64,000 nucleotides of DNA, from assembly GCA_030390025.1 (NCBI GenBank), contig CM059425.1, positions 167,402,001 through 167,466,000 of the forward strand, read 5' to 3'. This stretch comes from Squalus acanthias. Lineage: Eukaryota. A program made the translations under genes and the position numbers. The notes below the pieces were generated by a model. It did no database searches and was not told where the DNA came from. It was given only the letters and a program-made list of their open reading frames with translations. Of this stretch, positions 25,893-39,346 are shown piece after piece (within the stretch, counting starts at the first letter, position 1; every line of letters begins with the position of its first letter).

Positions 25893-28800
25893 CATAGAAT
25901 ATACAGCACAGAAACAGGCCCAACCAGTCCATGCTGGTATTTATGCTCCACTCAAGCCTCCTCCCATCTTTCCTCATCTAAATCTATTAGCATAACACTC
26001 TATTCCCTTCTCCCTCATATGCTTATCTAGCTTCCCCTTAAATGCATCTATACTATTCGCATCAACCACTCTCTGTGGTAGCGAGTTCTACATTCTCACC
26101 ACTCTCTGGGTAAAGAAGTTTCTTCTGAATTTCCTATTTGATTTCTTGGTGACTATCATATTGATGGCTTCTAGTTTTGCTCTTCCCCACAAGTGTGTCT
26201 ACTCTATCAAAACCATTCATAATTTTAAATACCTCTATTAGGTCACCCATTAGCTTTCTCTTTTCAAGAGAAAAGAGACCCAGCCAATTCATCCTTTCCT
26301 GAAAGATATAACCTCGCATTTCTGGTATCATCCTTGTAAATCTTTTTTGCACCCTCTCCAGTGCCTCTATATACTTTTTATAATACAATTTTATACCAGA
26401 ATTGCATACAGTACTCCAAGTGTGGTCTAACCAAGGTTTGATATAACTTCTCTACTTTTCAATTCTATCCTGATAGAAATAAACCCTAGTACTTGGTTTG
26501 CATTTTTTATTAATCTGCATTGCTACATTTAGTGGTTTGTTGAGTTGCACTCTGAGATCTCTTTGTTCCTCTACCCCATTTAGATTCTTATTTTCTAAGT
26601 AATATGTGACCTCCTTATTTTTCTTACCAAAATGTAATACCTCACACTTATCTGTGTTAAAATTCATTTGCTAATTATAAGCCCATTCTGCCAGTTTATT
26701 AATGTCTTCTTGTAATTTGTTGCAGTCTTCCTCAGTTTGGTGTCATCCGCAAATTTAGAAATTGTGTTTTGATTCCAAAGTCTAAATCTTTCATATAAAT
26801 TGTGAACAGTGGTCGCAGCACTGATCCTTGTGGGACCCCACTTTCCACCTTCTGCCACTCTGAATAGCTACCCTTTACCCTTACTCTCTGCTTGCTGTCC
26901 TTAAGCCATCTAGCTATCCATTCTGCTACTTGTCTCTTGACTCTGCATGCTCTGACCTTATTCATTAATCTATTTTGTGACACCTTATCGAAGACCTTCT
27001 GGAAATCTAGATAAATTACATCTACTGCATTACCCTTGTCTACTCTCTCTGTTACCTCTTCAAAGAATTTAATGAGGTTAGTCAAGCAAGACTTTCCCTT
27101 TTTAAATCGATGCTATTCATTATTATATTATTGGTTTTGAGATGTTTTTCTATTTTCTCCTTTAGTAGGGATTTGATTATTTTTTCTACCACTGATGTTA
27201 AGTTGACTGGTCTATAGTTTTCTGGACATGTTCTACCTCCCTTCTTAAATATAAGTATTATGTTAGCTATCTGCAAGTCCTCTGGCACTACATCTTTTTC
27301 TAACAAATTATTAAGTATGTGTAATAGTGCCTCTGCTATCTCTTCCCTAGATTCTTTTAAAATTCACGGATGTAATTCATCTGGACCAGAGGTTTTATCC
27401 TCTTTGAGTTTGATTAGTTTATTTAATATTTCTCCTCTTTATTTTAAATGCAGTCATATTATTTATAATCTCATCTTCTGATGTCATGTCCACCTGATCT
27501 GTCTCCCTGGTAAATACTGAAGCAAAGTAATTATTTAATATTTCTGCCATTTCACTATCACTGCCTATGATTTTATCCTGTCCATCACTTAGTGGCCCAA
27601 TTCCCATCCCGACCTTCCTTTCTTTATTCATGTGCCTGTAGAATATTTTACTACTTTGTTCTATGTTCCTTGATAATTTAATTTCATAATTCCTCTTTGC
27701 CTTGCTAATTTTTTTAACTTCTCTCCTAATCTCTTTGTATTCTTCCTTGTCATGCTCTCCCCTGCTGTCCATGCACTTAGTGTATGCACCTCTTTCTTTA
27801 CCCTCAATTTTTCCCTTATGTCTTTATTCATCCATGGTGTCTCATGAGTGTTTAGTTTGGACTCTACTGAACACCGTTTTAAATGTTTCCCATTGCTGTT
27901 CTACATCATTGTTTGCCAATATTGTTGTCCATTTTATTTTCCCAAGTTCTATTCTCAGTCCCTCAATCAGCTTTTCTCAAATCCATTACCCTGGTCTTCA
28001 TCATACTTATGTCCTTCTCAATTATTATCTTAAAGCGCATTATATTATTGTCGTTATTGCCTAGATGTTCCTTTACTTTTACTTCTCTTATCTGCTCTGA
28101 TTCATTCCCCATTACTAGATCCAATAGGGAAACCTCCCTTGTCAGGCTTCTTACATACCGGGTTAGAAAGGAGTCCTGTACACATTGCAGGATCTCCATT
28201 CCCTTATCCCCTTTACCTACCTCTTCTGCCAGTTAATTTTGGGGAAGTTGAAATCCCCCATGATTATTATTCTATGGGAGAAAAATTCAGCTGCTTGCGC
28301 CTCCCGTTAGCGCCTTAAGAGGGCGCTAATGGGGCGTAAAGCAGCTAACGCCCGGGCGCAGCGTCGCCCACGCCTCCCGTAAAATTCAGCAGGAGGTTAG
28401 CGGCGGCGCCAGCCGGTAGCGGCCTGTGGCGCTGCGCCGCCGGCGATGACATCATCGCCGTGCGTAGCACCCCGCTCGCGCTCCAGCCGCGATCTTCAGT
28501 CGCGCCCCCTGATTTACCGCCAGACGCTATGTCCGACGGGTTCAGGGAGGCGTACGTGCGGCCGGGGCGGCGATATTTAAAGGGGAGGTGGCAGGCGGCC
28601 ATTTTTGTTGCTGGCCACCTGCCAGCACCTGCCCCCGTTGCTGTCCCCGGCCCCCGTGAAGCCCCCCCACCGTGAAGTGCCGGCTGCGCTCCAAGAGCCC
28701 GGCACTTCTCTTGAGTGCCGGGCTCTTTTGCCGGCACTCCCGATCCCTGGGGGCCCAGCTGGGCCCCGGTTAGCGCTGCGCAGGGTCCCTCCCCTTTAAG

Positions 28801-29370
28801 AAGGGGAGGAAGGCCTGCAATACCGCGGCGCGACGTGCCGCAGCGCCTGGTGCTGCGGCACGTAGCGCCAGGATATTCCCTCGCAGCGCCCCAAGAGGGA
28901 TGCGGGGTGCTTCCAGTGGCGCCCCGCTTCCCTCTTGGGGCGCAACCAGTGAAGTTCCGGCGCGGGGCCGCTAATTGCCCCAAATGGGGCGCGACTCAAT
29001 TTTTACCCCTATGTTTCTTAATCATTTCTCTAATTTGTTTGCATATTTCTTCCTCCACTTCCCTTCCACTATTAGGTGGTCTGTAAACTACCCATTAGTG
29101 TGATTGATCCTTTATTATCTTTTATCTCTATCCACATGGATTCTATTTATGTCTTACTGATGGCTGTGTCACTTTTTTCTACTGCCATTTTGTTATCTGT
29201 AATAAGTATAGCTACTTCACCTCCCCTTTTTCCCTCTATCTTTTCAAAATATGTTATACCCTGCAATGTTTAATTCCCAGTCCTGATTTTTCTGTAGCCA
29301 TGTCTCAGTAATCCCTACTATATCTGGTTCCTCGCAACGTATTACTGGCTCCAGTTCCCATTTTATTACT
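25893..29370 (-). mobile_element. Older CR1 LINE ORF2, interrupted by a MITE
   Basis: Degenerate APE and RT motifs ([34 protein letters not shown]). Confidence 0.85.
28276..29009. mobile_element. GC-rich Harbinger-type MITE (734 bp) sharing termini with MITE A
   Basis: Ends gggagaaaaattc...aatttttacccc with TSD tat. The first ~50 bp nearly match 1826-1890. Confidence 0.8.
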
Positions 29371-30060
29371 GACAATTTTGGGCTGAATTGCAGAGGAGAA
29401 TTACCTCCCCCCTCCCCCAATATTCAAGCTTACACCTGAAGCCTTGGACAAAAAGGCTATTGGTGCCTTTGGAACTCTACCCAGCATCAGTCACCATCCT
29501 CAGAGAGAAGAAAATAAGTACGACTGAGTTGCTGGGAAACTGAATACATATACTGAAAATGGAGGCAATACAAAACAAACAGGCAATTACATTTAAAAAC
29601 CTTCATGTTTAATTGTTCCTGTATCGCCCAGGGAAACTGTACTTAAATCGTACTTATAATATTCAAATTGTAGGAATTGTTTTCTCATTAGTAGAATGTA
29701 ATGTAATGTCTTTTGAGTCTTGTTTCACATTCATTTTTTTTAAAGACAGCACACAAATGCATTAAAAACATTCTACCATGTCTACACACTGACAGCAATA
29801 ACAACCTAAGTACTTTTGTAAGTTCATAATTTTCACAAAATAAAATCAGTGCTCTCCTTGTAATGTAACAAATATGATTGTTTATTTTAAAATCATGAAC
29901 ATTTACTTCATCAGGGCTGGCACTGATTTTTATTCCCCCAAGCTTGCTGCATAATTCAAGTAGCTTTTTTTTGTCAAATTGTATTAATCAGGATTGGATA
30001 GGAAAATTTACAATTCTCCATATATGGCAAATAAAATTAAATCCTATCACTGTTCTGAAT

Positions 30061-30292
30061 GACATTCAAAGACCCCTTGGCATTATTGAAAGAGCAGGGG
30101 GTTCTCCATGTGTCCTGGCCAACATTCTGCCCTCAACTAACCACCAAAAAACAAATTAATTGGAAACTAATCTCCTCGCTATCTGTGGGTCTTTGCTGCT
30201 GCAGAATAGCTCTGTAATTGCATTTCAAGATAGTTCATTTTGAAGCACTTTGAGGTGTTTTAATGTGATAAAGCACTATGAAAATGCAAGTA
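30061..30292 (+). mobile_element. Old Deu-domain SINE
   Basis: Contains aagagcaggggttctcc..tgtcctggccaacatt...aaagcactatgaaaatgcaagt. Confidence 0.6.
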
Positions 30293-30606
30293 TAATTTCT
30301 ATTATTTCCTCTGAGCAGGAGACAAATGCAACCAGAAAATGGTAGATGTAATACAATTAGTACCCCTGGCTTAGAAAGAGGAAAACAAGCCAGGGATCCT
30401 GTTCCTGTTCTCTATTCCATGACTCATGCTGGAAGTACATGTGTGTGGACTTTAGGTGAGGACAAGCTCGGGTTTGGATCTGAAACCGCCCCCGCCCCCC
30501 AATAAAGTCAAGTATCCTGTCAAGGCTCAGACACGAATAGCAGCCATTTGGGAAAGATATAGATAGTACCCATGACCACGGAACTGTATTCCAGCATGCA
30601 ATCAAT

Positions 30607-30753
30607 AGGTGTAACTGTCACTTTTGGCGTGGGCGGAAAATTGGTGGTTGCGGATCATCCACCCTTTAGGAAAGGATAATTGGGCGGGGTGTATAACTGG
30701 TGGCTGATCCACAACTACCAGTTTTCCATCTGCACCCAGTGAAAATTACCTCC
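30607..30753. mobile_element. Short palindromic MITE
   Basis: Imperfect inverted arms (ggaaaattggtggttgcggatca / tgatccacaactaccagttttcc). A related half-copy lies at about 38490-38574. Confidence 0.55.
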
Positions 30754-31008
30754 ATTGTCTCTAAGAGGATGAGAGGAAATTGGAAAGAAAAATGCTGAAC
30801 ATTTGAGGTGGTTGAAAGTAAACCCTAATACAACCTCTATTTACTTTCTCACAGAATTGTAAAGACAGTGTAATAAGGCTTCCAGGACTCATGGATAAAA
30901 CAGGACATTAACCTGCAAGGATGAAGGGTTTCTCACAGTTGGGTGTCATGACACACACACTCTGTGTTGCTTCCTTAAGCTCAAAGTGATTCCCAAGCTA
31001 TTTGCTTG

Positions 31009-31091
31009 CTGACGAAGGAGCAGCCGCTCCGAAAGCTTGTGATTTCAAATAAAACTGTTGGACTATAACCTGGTGTTGTACGACTTCTCAC
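31009..31091 (+). ncRNA. Penelope-type terminal fragment beginning with a hammerhead core
   Basis: CUGACGA-A-GGAGC(AGCC)GCUCC-GAA-AGCU-U. The downstream sequence (ctgttggactataacctggtgttgt) is shared with 38636-38736; flanks are atttgcttg / atttgccttg. Confidence 0.65.
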
Positions 31092-34000
31092 ATTTGCCTT
31101 GAGGAAGGCAGCATTCATCTGCGGGGACAAGCCATGTTTTTCCTTTTAGCTGGATTAAGCAAAATTTCTTAATATTTTCAAGTAAGATAAATGTGGTTAA
31201 CTAACTGCAAGAATAAGAATCAATGAGTGTGCTACTGAGCCTAAAATATTGAAAATCGCCCAAATTCAGTTACTCTGACAGTATAGGTCACAGCCAACCT
31301 TTTTTTTTGGCTCATCCCTGATTTCTCTCATCAACACAGATTGTTCTGTTCATCCAGGTATATGAATCTTCATCTGACAAAAACAAACTTGGTTGTGAGC
31401 CAGGCTCTCGCCAGCATTACAGACTAGCCTGAGAAATCTCAGAGGATTGTTATATAGCTATTTTTCTGTTTGATGGACTGGGATCATTTCAGTTCCAAAA
31501 CTGGCACAAACCTCAGGATACTGGGTCAATCAATCCTGCTTTAAACTCAGTGCAGGTGAATTTCCGGCATACTTACTCTACAGGAATGGTGTAGGAATTT
31601 TTTTAGCACCGATGATATTTGGGTAGAAGTTGTTTCTGCTCAATCTCTGCCTTTAAATGGTTTCACCCAGGTTTCCTAGTGTGTCTGGAGCCCTCCTTCA
31701 ATCTGTCCACCAAGTCGTTATTGCCCTCATTTGCATGAACCAGTGGCACGCAGCTCCAGGTTTCCTGAGTTTGCTCTGCTCATGCACTCAAGGTAAGTTA
31801 CACTGAGTTATATGAGGCATAGTAACCTCCAGGACCAGCTAATCAAGGTGGATGTGAGGAGTTCCTGGCACAGAAGTACCTGGAGATCTTTGACTACAGA
31901 TGTCTGCAGGTAGAAAATTATTTTTGAAGCAGCTTGTTTTTGCCTACAGACATCTGCATTTGCTTCTAACTGCTTCTAACATGGACAGTTCTGATACCAT
32001 CAGATTTTTAGACACCTCCAACCATTACCCATAGTTAGGGCTTCTCAGAAGCATGTATGACATTCCCTATAGACATACTCTTGTATAAATTATAATGGAC
32101 AGCCAACAGCACCACAGGATGGAGCAAAGGTGACTGAGCCAACATTTACTACAAGAGGCATTACAGCACGTCATCACTGAAATCTCTTCTTCTGCAGAAC
32201 ATATTCTATCGTTGGCATTACAGCCTTACCTCCTTCTCCCTCACTTTCAAATAATGGGACATTCCCTAAAACCAATTCCCATTCTACTACATGACAACAT
32301 ATCAGCCCTTTTTGCCCCTACATGGCTGTGCCAATCATCATCTGAGTGAAGACGTTAGCACTGCGTAAGTGCACTTTCCTGTTTGGCTCTGACCATGTGC
32401 ACATTCTATTTTATTATAATCAACCTATTCTTTCTTAACACCGTGGTTCCCTGGAATCCTACATGTGCCTTTTACCTATTCTCCTGCTTATTCTAGGTAC
32501 TGAGGGCCAGGATCGCTGGAAGTGGTTGGCTGTGCATGTTGTACAGAAGACTCATCTGACTGATGGCCCTCGTCTCATGCCAGCTTACGCCTTGGCAACA
32601 TCTTCCATGTTCCATTGGTGTAATGCTATGAGGGGTCAGCTAGAGGCCTGCTATGTGCTGCTGTACTGAAGAATGGTAGTATCATGCAGCTTCAACTCCT
32701 GGGTGGCTTGGTCCTCATCCTCTTTACCATCATCTTCCTCTTCTACCTCTTGTGCCCATTGCTGTGGTGGATCTGCAGGAAAGGATGATGGAAGCTAAGA
32801 ATGGGTAAACACCACCCCCTTGGGATTAAGGAGACAGAGAAGGTGGAGGAAGGTTGTGTCTGTGTGGTGCTTCAGCAGGATGCCAGGGTGAAAGTGCAGA
32901 TGCTGTCAGTAACTTGGTGTCAGCAAGTTGCAGCCATGCTCAACATCTCCCATGACAAGAGCTGAGTGCTTCCCCATGAGCTCCATGGCCTTCTCCTTGA
33001 AGGGCGTGAGGTACTTACGGTTAGAGAAGCCCCTCCAGTGCCCTGTGGTGGACATTGAGCATCAAATGGTCCTGCAAAAAAGCTAGCAGTGGCATGCGAA
33101 AGGTGAAGTAAGAGATGTGAGGGTATGAGGCTGTTAAAGCTGAGGAAGGGGTTTTAAGGTTCTACATGTAATTGCTGTGAGAGGAGCTGGATAGCCATGG
33201 TACAAGATGTTGAGTTGAAGCCCCCCCTTAACAAGACAGCACTGTGAAAGGTTAGTTGAGCAAGTGCTGTTTTAAGAGAGTGAGGTGTCTGCTGGTACCT
33301 AGGGTGGGCAAAAAGAAAAGGGAGAAGTTTGCAATGGATTACCTTACCTGCCTACCTGAGAACGTGGAACTTTTGTGGCACTGTTCTGCAGTACAGGGTG
33401 AAAGAATTGGTAATCAGTGTCAGTGCCACCTCCCTTCAGATGGCACGAGTGATAATTCTGGGTGAGCTGGAGGCATGCATACCCTGGAGTCTGTTCATAT
33501 TGCCTTCAATGCCCTCCAGGAGGGCTTGGAGGTCTGAATGAGTAAAATTGTACATTCATCATCTCTGGGTTGGTGGCACACCCTGCTGCCTTCTGGGTAC
33601 AGATGGTACTTGAGTGGTCATTATTCTGTTCAAGTATGACAAAAATATTGCTAAGGCCGTGAAGTTATTTGAAAGTGATGTGAAAGAGCCAAGCACTGTT
33701 CCTCGCTCATCTGTTCATCACCCAGTCTGCTGAACTTTGTTTTTAAAGGCTGCACACAAGTTTCCAGTTAGTTCAGCTGCTTACACCCATTTCACACCAA
33801 TGCTTGCTCCAATGGAAATGCAACTGAGTAAAACAGGAAACTTGTGTGCAACTTCCTCTAGAGGTCACTGGCAGGCATAATTTTTAAAGGGGCAACAGCG
33901 GTGTAGCTCATTTCAAGGAAATTCCAAGCAAGTAACTAGGTAAGGTGGTTCTGTTCCAACATTTGCAGAAGACAATCTATAGAAACAAATTGACAAAATT

Positions 34001-35316
34001 ACACATTGCAAGATTCCAAGTCTATCTGAGAAGATCCTGAATCATTCCTGCCAGCTCCCAGTGTTGCAGGCAGACCTTCGCTGCAACTACGTCTCTGTTT
34101 GGAGTAGTGCAACCAGGAGGTCTACCTCCACATTGGGAACTGGGACCAGGCACAGGTGACCTGGGAGCCTCCTGGATCAGTTGTAAGGTATATAAAATTA
34201 TAACAAGAATATCGTTTTAAAGAATTGCACAAACAAATCATTTAAAAGTAAGCAGAAACTTTAGAGTGCTGCCACAGAATATATGATTTGACCACAATGG
34301 TGTCACACTACATAGAATGTACAGGAAGGAGAAATAGTGCTGATGGTGGTTGTGTGGTTAATAAGAAAATGCAGCATAACAAGTAGGATTTTTCCACTTC
34401 TCATAGCATGATTCACAACATTTGGTGGAGAATTTTGATTGTGAATGAACTTTTGAAATGTACCAATTTGATTTAAAAAAACAGTAGAGTAGAATTCCCC
34501 ATACTTTAAGGATCTGGTAACCTGTGCTTTTGTTTAAATAAGACTTGTGCTTTTTATTCTGTCCGCTCTTTATCTCCTTGTTCCTCCTGCTGAAACCGAA
34601 TGTAGTAATTGCACAAAACACTTTACCCTTATAATTCCCCAAATATCAGTCTTTACAAGCAACTTCTAACAGGATCAGTATATAAAGATCTTTGGTACCA
34701 GCAGAAAGGGCACCTTTAACTTTTTACAGTTCACATTCAGCACACCACATAAGACAACTTCTTCACATTCTTTGAGCTATAAAACTACCAACGACACTGA
34801 GCAGGCGTGCTATCAGTCCTTTAGTTCTCTCATGGCCTTTTAATTCTTACAGCTGATATTACCCTTGGCTGATTCACATAGGTAGACAAGAAAGTTGTGT
34901 CTTGAAAGTGTGACTCAGTTGTAATTATAACACTCAGATAGCACTTTGGCATTGGTTGCTTGCTGGACAGCTGCTCAAGATAAATACTGACCTCTAGTTA
35001 ACACCAAGCCCTATTAAGTTCTCATGACTTCTGAGGCTACAATGAATGCAGAGCCCTACTAGTGCTGACAGAGCTCACAGACCTGAACCATTCTGTCAAT
35101 CAATATTCAATCATTGTTAACACATCACTGCTTGCTCTTTGCTCCCAACAGTGAGACTATATTATTTCATTACAACAATCTGAGGCTGTAAACTTAGCTG
35201 GGCAATGGTCACTTTACAGCATTGTTGTAATTATCACCGAGGAGTTACCTTTTCACATAAAATCTACAGTGTGCAAATATCGCACCAACTCTGCTTTTGA
35301 GCTGTGATATCTAGGG

Positions 35317-35593
35317 TTACACGCATTTCCCTGTTGTTAGCTTCAGAGCTCCTTTGTCATGTAAAGACTTTAATGTTTTGAACTCCAGTGGCATTCGATG
35401 TGGCCCAGCATTAGAAAAGTATCTGTATTTTAAGTTGTCATAGTAGTGGTATTTAACTGGTGCCCCTTTTGCGTCTTTTGGGAAGGGCCAGTATCCGTAA
35501 AGGTGGATCTCATCACAGAATCGAGTTGCAAGTGTGTACATCAGTAGGCCTGTGCTTGGTCGTTTGATGTAAACCTTGTTTGTCAGCCAGTAT
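35317..35593 (-). CDS. ST8SIA4: ST8SIA4 last coding exon (sialylmotifs S, III and VS; TAA stop)
   Basis: Acceptor cttacag|A, and GG|A splices in frame with the upstream exon. Translates [40 protein letters not shown]...[26 protein letters not shown]...[15 protein letters not shown] and TGKCV favour ST8SIA4 over ST8SIA2. Confidence 0.95.
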
Positions 35594-35831
35594 CTGTAAG
35601 AAAAACATAAAGAGACATCGATAACTACAGTTCAGAGTAACCTCCTTTGTGTTACAATTCCACAAATGTCAGGAACACTCCCAACATAGCTTTAATACCA
35701 CACAAGAGTGGAATGCGTAACTCCACCTACCCAAATATGGTAACCACAAAGCTATAATGGCACAACCAAATACCACCAGACATTGACTACATTTAAAAAT
35801 CACATCCTGGGATAGATTTTGGCTTCTAGGA

Positions 35832-36259
35832 GGGCAACACGGTGGCATAGTGGTTAGCACTGGTGCCTCACAGCGCCAGAGACCCGGGTTCGAATCTGAC
35901 CTCGGGTGACTGTCTGTGTGGAGTTTGCACATTCTCCCCGTGTCTGCGTGGGTTTCCTCCGGGTGCTCCGGTTTCCTCCCACAGTCCAAAAATGTGTGGG
36001 TTAGGTTGATTTGGCTATGATAAATTGACCCTTAGTGTTAGGGGGGATTAAATATGTGGGGTTATGGGGATAGGATGGGATATGTTAGGGGGAATTAAAT
36101 ACGTGGGGTTACGGGGGTAGGGTGGGATATGTGTACTGTGGGGATTAAAGCAGGGACAGGGTACTGGATTTGGATGATCAGCCATGATCGTATTGAATGG
36201 CGGAGCAGGCTCGACGGGCCGAATGGCCTACTCCTGCTCCTAGATTCTATGTTTCTATG
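35832..36259 (+). mobile_element. HE1-type V-SINE (tRNA head, V domain, CR1/HER1 tail)
   Basis: A box tggcatagtgg, B box ggttcgaatc, V domain gtgtggagtttgcacattctccccgtgtctgcgtgggtttcctccggg, and a 3' end matching the CR1 tails here. Confidence 0.9.
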
Positions 36260-38329
36260 CCTAGTGTAGCATTTCGCGGAGAAGGCCGTCTGTTCCAGCT
36301 GTGATTTTGAGGCCTCAGCCTCATCTGAATTTGACCAGCGAGCTGCGGACACCAAATGGGCGCTCCAAGGTAGCTCGCTGGTTTTGGGTCACGGGAATTT
36401 CAGCTGGCTGGGACGTGGGTGCTACCTGCAGTTAGTTCCTGGGAGGGGAGGGGAGTTGACGAGCGCACATGGGCCAGGTGCAGTCGCAGTATATTTGCAG
36501 TATTTTGCACTCCTGCTCCTCCTGGTCGACAAAAGCAATTTAAAACTTACATTTCCAGGGCCTCTTTGGCTAGACAGCCAGCTGATACTAGACGGAGCAT
36601 GCGTGGCATGTGGCTTCAACATTCAGTCCCTTAACTCCACTACCACTTCCAAAAATCAGTTGCCGGGGTTGCACACAGACCATGTTGTAAGGTTTACTTA
36701 TTGTCACTCTATACTCGACATTCTCTGGGAGAAGCTGTGGCAAATCTATAGGGTTAACGTCTTTACGTAAGACAAGCTGGTCAAATTGAATTTGAACCCT
36801 GCACACAGAGGCGAACAAAGTTTTGCAGATCAGGTGAAGGACAGTTTCTTCTTGCATAGTCAGTATTGAGATTTGGGATGGTTTTACTGACAGTAACATG
36901 CACGTTGTTAACTTTTAATTAAGTGCAGATGTGAACCACCTGCAGAGATCCATTAATCGGACAGTTGATGGTTCATATCATTTTAATGGAAGCTCAATAT
37001 TATCTATTCTATTTAACTGTTGTAACAGCCTTAGTGATGATCTAATTTTCTTATCCTAAGATGGGCAGGGCTCAATATGAGCAGTCTGGTTCCAAGCATC
37101 TTTACAGTCTAATTTTATTGAGATCCACGGGATGAATAGCCTGTTAACACTCACCAACAATGTTGTTTCAGACTTCATAATGATTGTTCACAAGAACTGA
37201 ATCTACCAATTATACCACAGATCTCTATAGAATGCTTTATTTACAATACATTTACATAGATTAATATCACATTATAAGAACTATTTAATTTGAACTGAAC
37301 AAACCCATTATTTACTAATTAGAAAGAAAGTAATTAAACCATTAAATCTCAACATTTCAGTACATGATCATAATACAGGATGTGAGTTACTGAAGAGAAT
37401 TAAGGACAATTACAATTAGAGTGCCAGACTTCAGAAAATGAAATGCTAATTCTGGGAGAAGAGATCATAGAGGATTAATTGGAAGACTGCATTAGATGAT
37501 AAAGTAATTGAAGAGAAAATGCTTTTAGAATGAAATTAGGAACAAAGCAATTAAAATACACATCACTGAGAAACAAAATATAGGGTCGATTTTGGGAAAC
37601 TCTGCTGCTAGCACAGGGCCTTGCTAGCACTGAGCCTGGGTCAGAGAATTGGGCTCTAATGTTCTAACACTACCTCTGACCTGTGCTAGCAGCGGATTCT
37701 TACAAATCTGTTCCTAATATTTAGACCTAGGTCACAGTAGTTGAACAAAAAAGGTAAAAAAAGAAGCTCACACACACTTGAGTCATGGAGCCGTGTCCAC
37801 TAATTGTTTAAAACTGCCGTCACACTCAGATCTGTATGGTATCCTCTGACTTTCTACATCATGCTGTGAAATAAAACCTAATATCATCATGTGATACAAC
37901 TAATATGATTCGATTATGGGGACCTGCCACCTATTTGAAACAAATTTGAAATGGTAAGAAATAATTAAACCAATGTGTATAATAAGCGGTATCTTTATAC
38001 TGATAACTTTCTGTTAGTAGCAGGGGCAGGGTACTCTGTGCCTCGAAAAGGATCCAAAGCCCAACTTTTTTTGTGTCAACAAGAACGGCCATTAGAAGCA
38101 GCAGAAAATGTGGGGTGTGGTTCCACTGGCCATCAAATAGGCCCAATAGGAAGCAGCAGCAGGCTGGTAAATTAGAAAAGGAGGAGTGGTCTTTAGTGGT
38201 CGCTAGTCTCTGCTTGAGCGTACCTCTCCTGCTGCTCTAACATCTATAAAAAAGATGCCTAACGATTAACACAGGAAGCATCCTACATTGGCAGGAAAAG
38301 ATTCCCCCTTAATCTGCTCTGCTTCTGTA

Positions 38330-38925
38330 AATACAGCACCAATTATTCAAATCTCTCATCATAACCATATCCTCTCATCTCTATCATCCAAGTGAATCTA
38401 CTTTCCACCTGTTCCTTGGCCCTAATATCCCTTCTATAATGGGATGCCCAAAACTGCACACAATACTCCACTGTGGCCCAACCAACTGGTCAATGGAAAG
38501 GAAAACTGGGCAAGGTGGCAAGTGATCCGTAACTGTCAGTTTTCCACCTGTGCCAAAAATGAACATGATCCCAAATGTCTTGTACAGATTCATCATCACC
38601 TCCTTGCCTTTGTATTCAATGCCCTTCTTTATAAAAATGAGAAGTCGCACAACACCAGGTTATAGTCCAACAGATTTGTTGTGCGACTTCTCATTTTTGT
38701 CCACCCCAGTCCAACGCCGGCATCTCCACATCATGACTTCTTTATAAAGCCAGAATTCCATTTGCTCTTCTTTTCCATCTGCAATCTTCCTTTTAAAGAT
38801 CTATGTACATTTATCCTTAGATTGCTCCATTCCTCCAGTCAATTGAGAATTTTCTATTAAGGGTATATTTCACTCTCTGTTCTTTTCCCTAAAGTGTACT
38901 ACTTCACATTTATCTACACTGACAT
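38330..38925 (-). mobile_element. Old CR1 RT fragment carrying two small insertions
   Basis: Translates KCEVVHF, GIEYKGKEVMMNLYKT and LVGPQ in pieces. Confidence 0.7.
38636..38736. mobile_element. Penelope-type fold-back insertion with 12-bp TSD
   Basis: TSD cttctttataaa (38624-38635 / 38737-38748) and a perfect 22-bp inverted repeat (38633-38654 / 38677-38698). Confidence 0.75.
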
Positions 38926-38998
38926 GCCCCCTCTTATACCTTTGAGGTTTGTAAACTGCTCGTTTTGGCGAGCACAGAGGTTGAAGCAGCTCAATAAT

Positions 38999-39346
38999 GG
39001 GCCGGATTTTGCTCTCAGTGGCAAACAAATGGTGCCAGCCATTTATTACACTTACACTTGCCCACAGACTTTCTATGGGATTTTGCACTGCAACTTACTA
39101 TGATTAGAAAGCCATTTTGGCGCAGCAGCCTTTACAGAGCATCTGGGACCTGGATGAACAGGACAAGCAACGGTTTATCTTCTTAACCAATCAGATTGAA
39201 GACTTGTTAATGAGCTGTGCAGAGTCTGAACCCGGAAGTGTAAATTAAAATATTTACTTTAATGTGAAATATTGCTGTCCGATTTACACTTTAATAATGG
39301 TGAGTGCTGTTAGCCTCACTGTTATTTCTGCAGCAAAATCCAGCCC
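38999..39346. mobile_element. Harbinger-type MITE
   Basis: TIR gggccggattttgct / agcaaaatccagccc; flanks aat/att. Confidence 0.65.

Noticed and set aside
28345..29086. Long ORFs and a CpG-island-like region
   Set aside because: GC-rich MITE interior bounded by TIRs and a TSD; the ORFs result from stop-codon scarcity.
35832..35905. tRNA-like sequence
   Set aside because: It is the head of the HE1-type SINE, continuing into the V domain and LINE tail.
36588..36899. LIFGSGSG, another J-like motif
   Set aside because: No RSS, no T.L.V ending and no donor site; a chance match.
38490..38574. FIFGTGGKLTVT on the minus strand resembles an Ig/TCR J segment
   Set aside because: The DNA matches one arm of the palindromic MITE at 30607-30753 and sits inside a CR1 fragment. 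I see no RSS or splice donor in the expected places.
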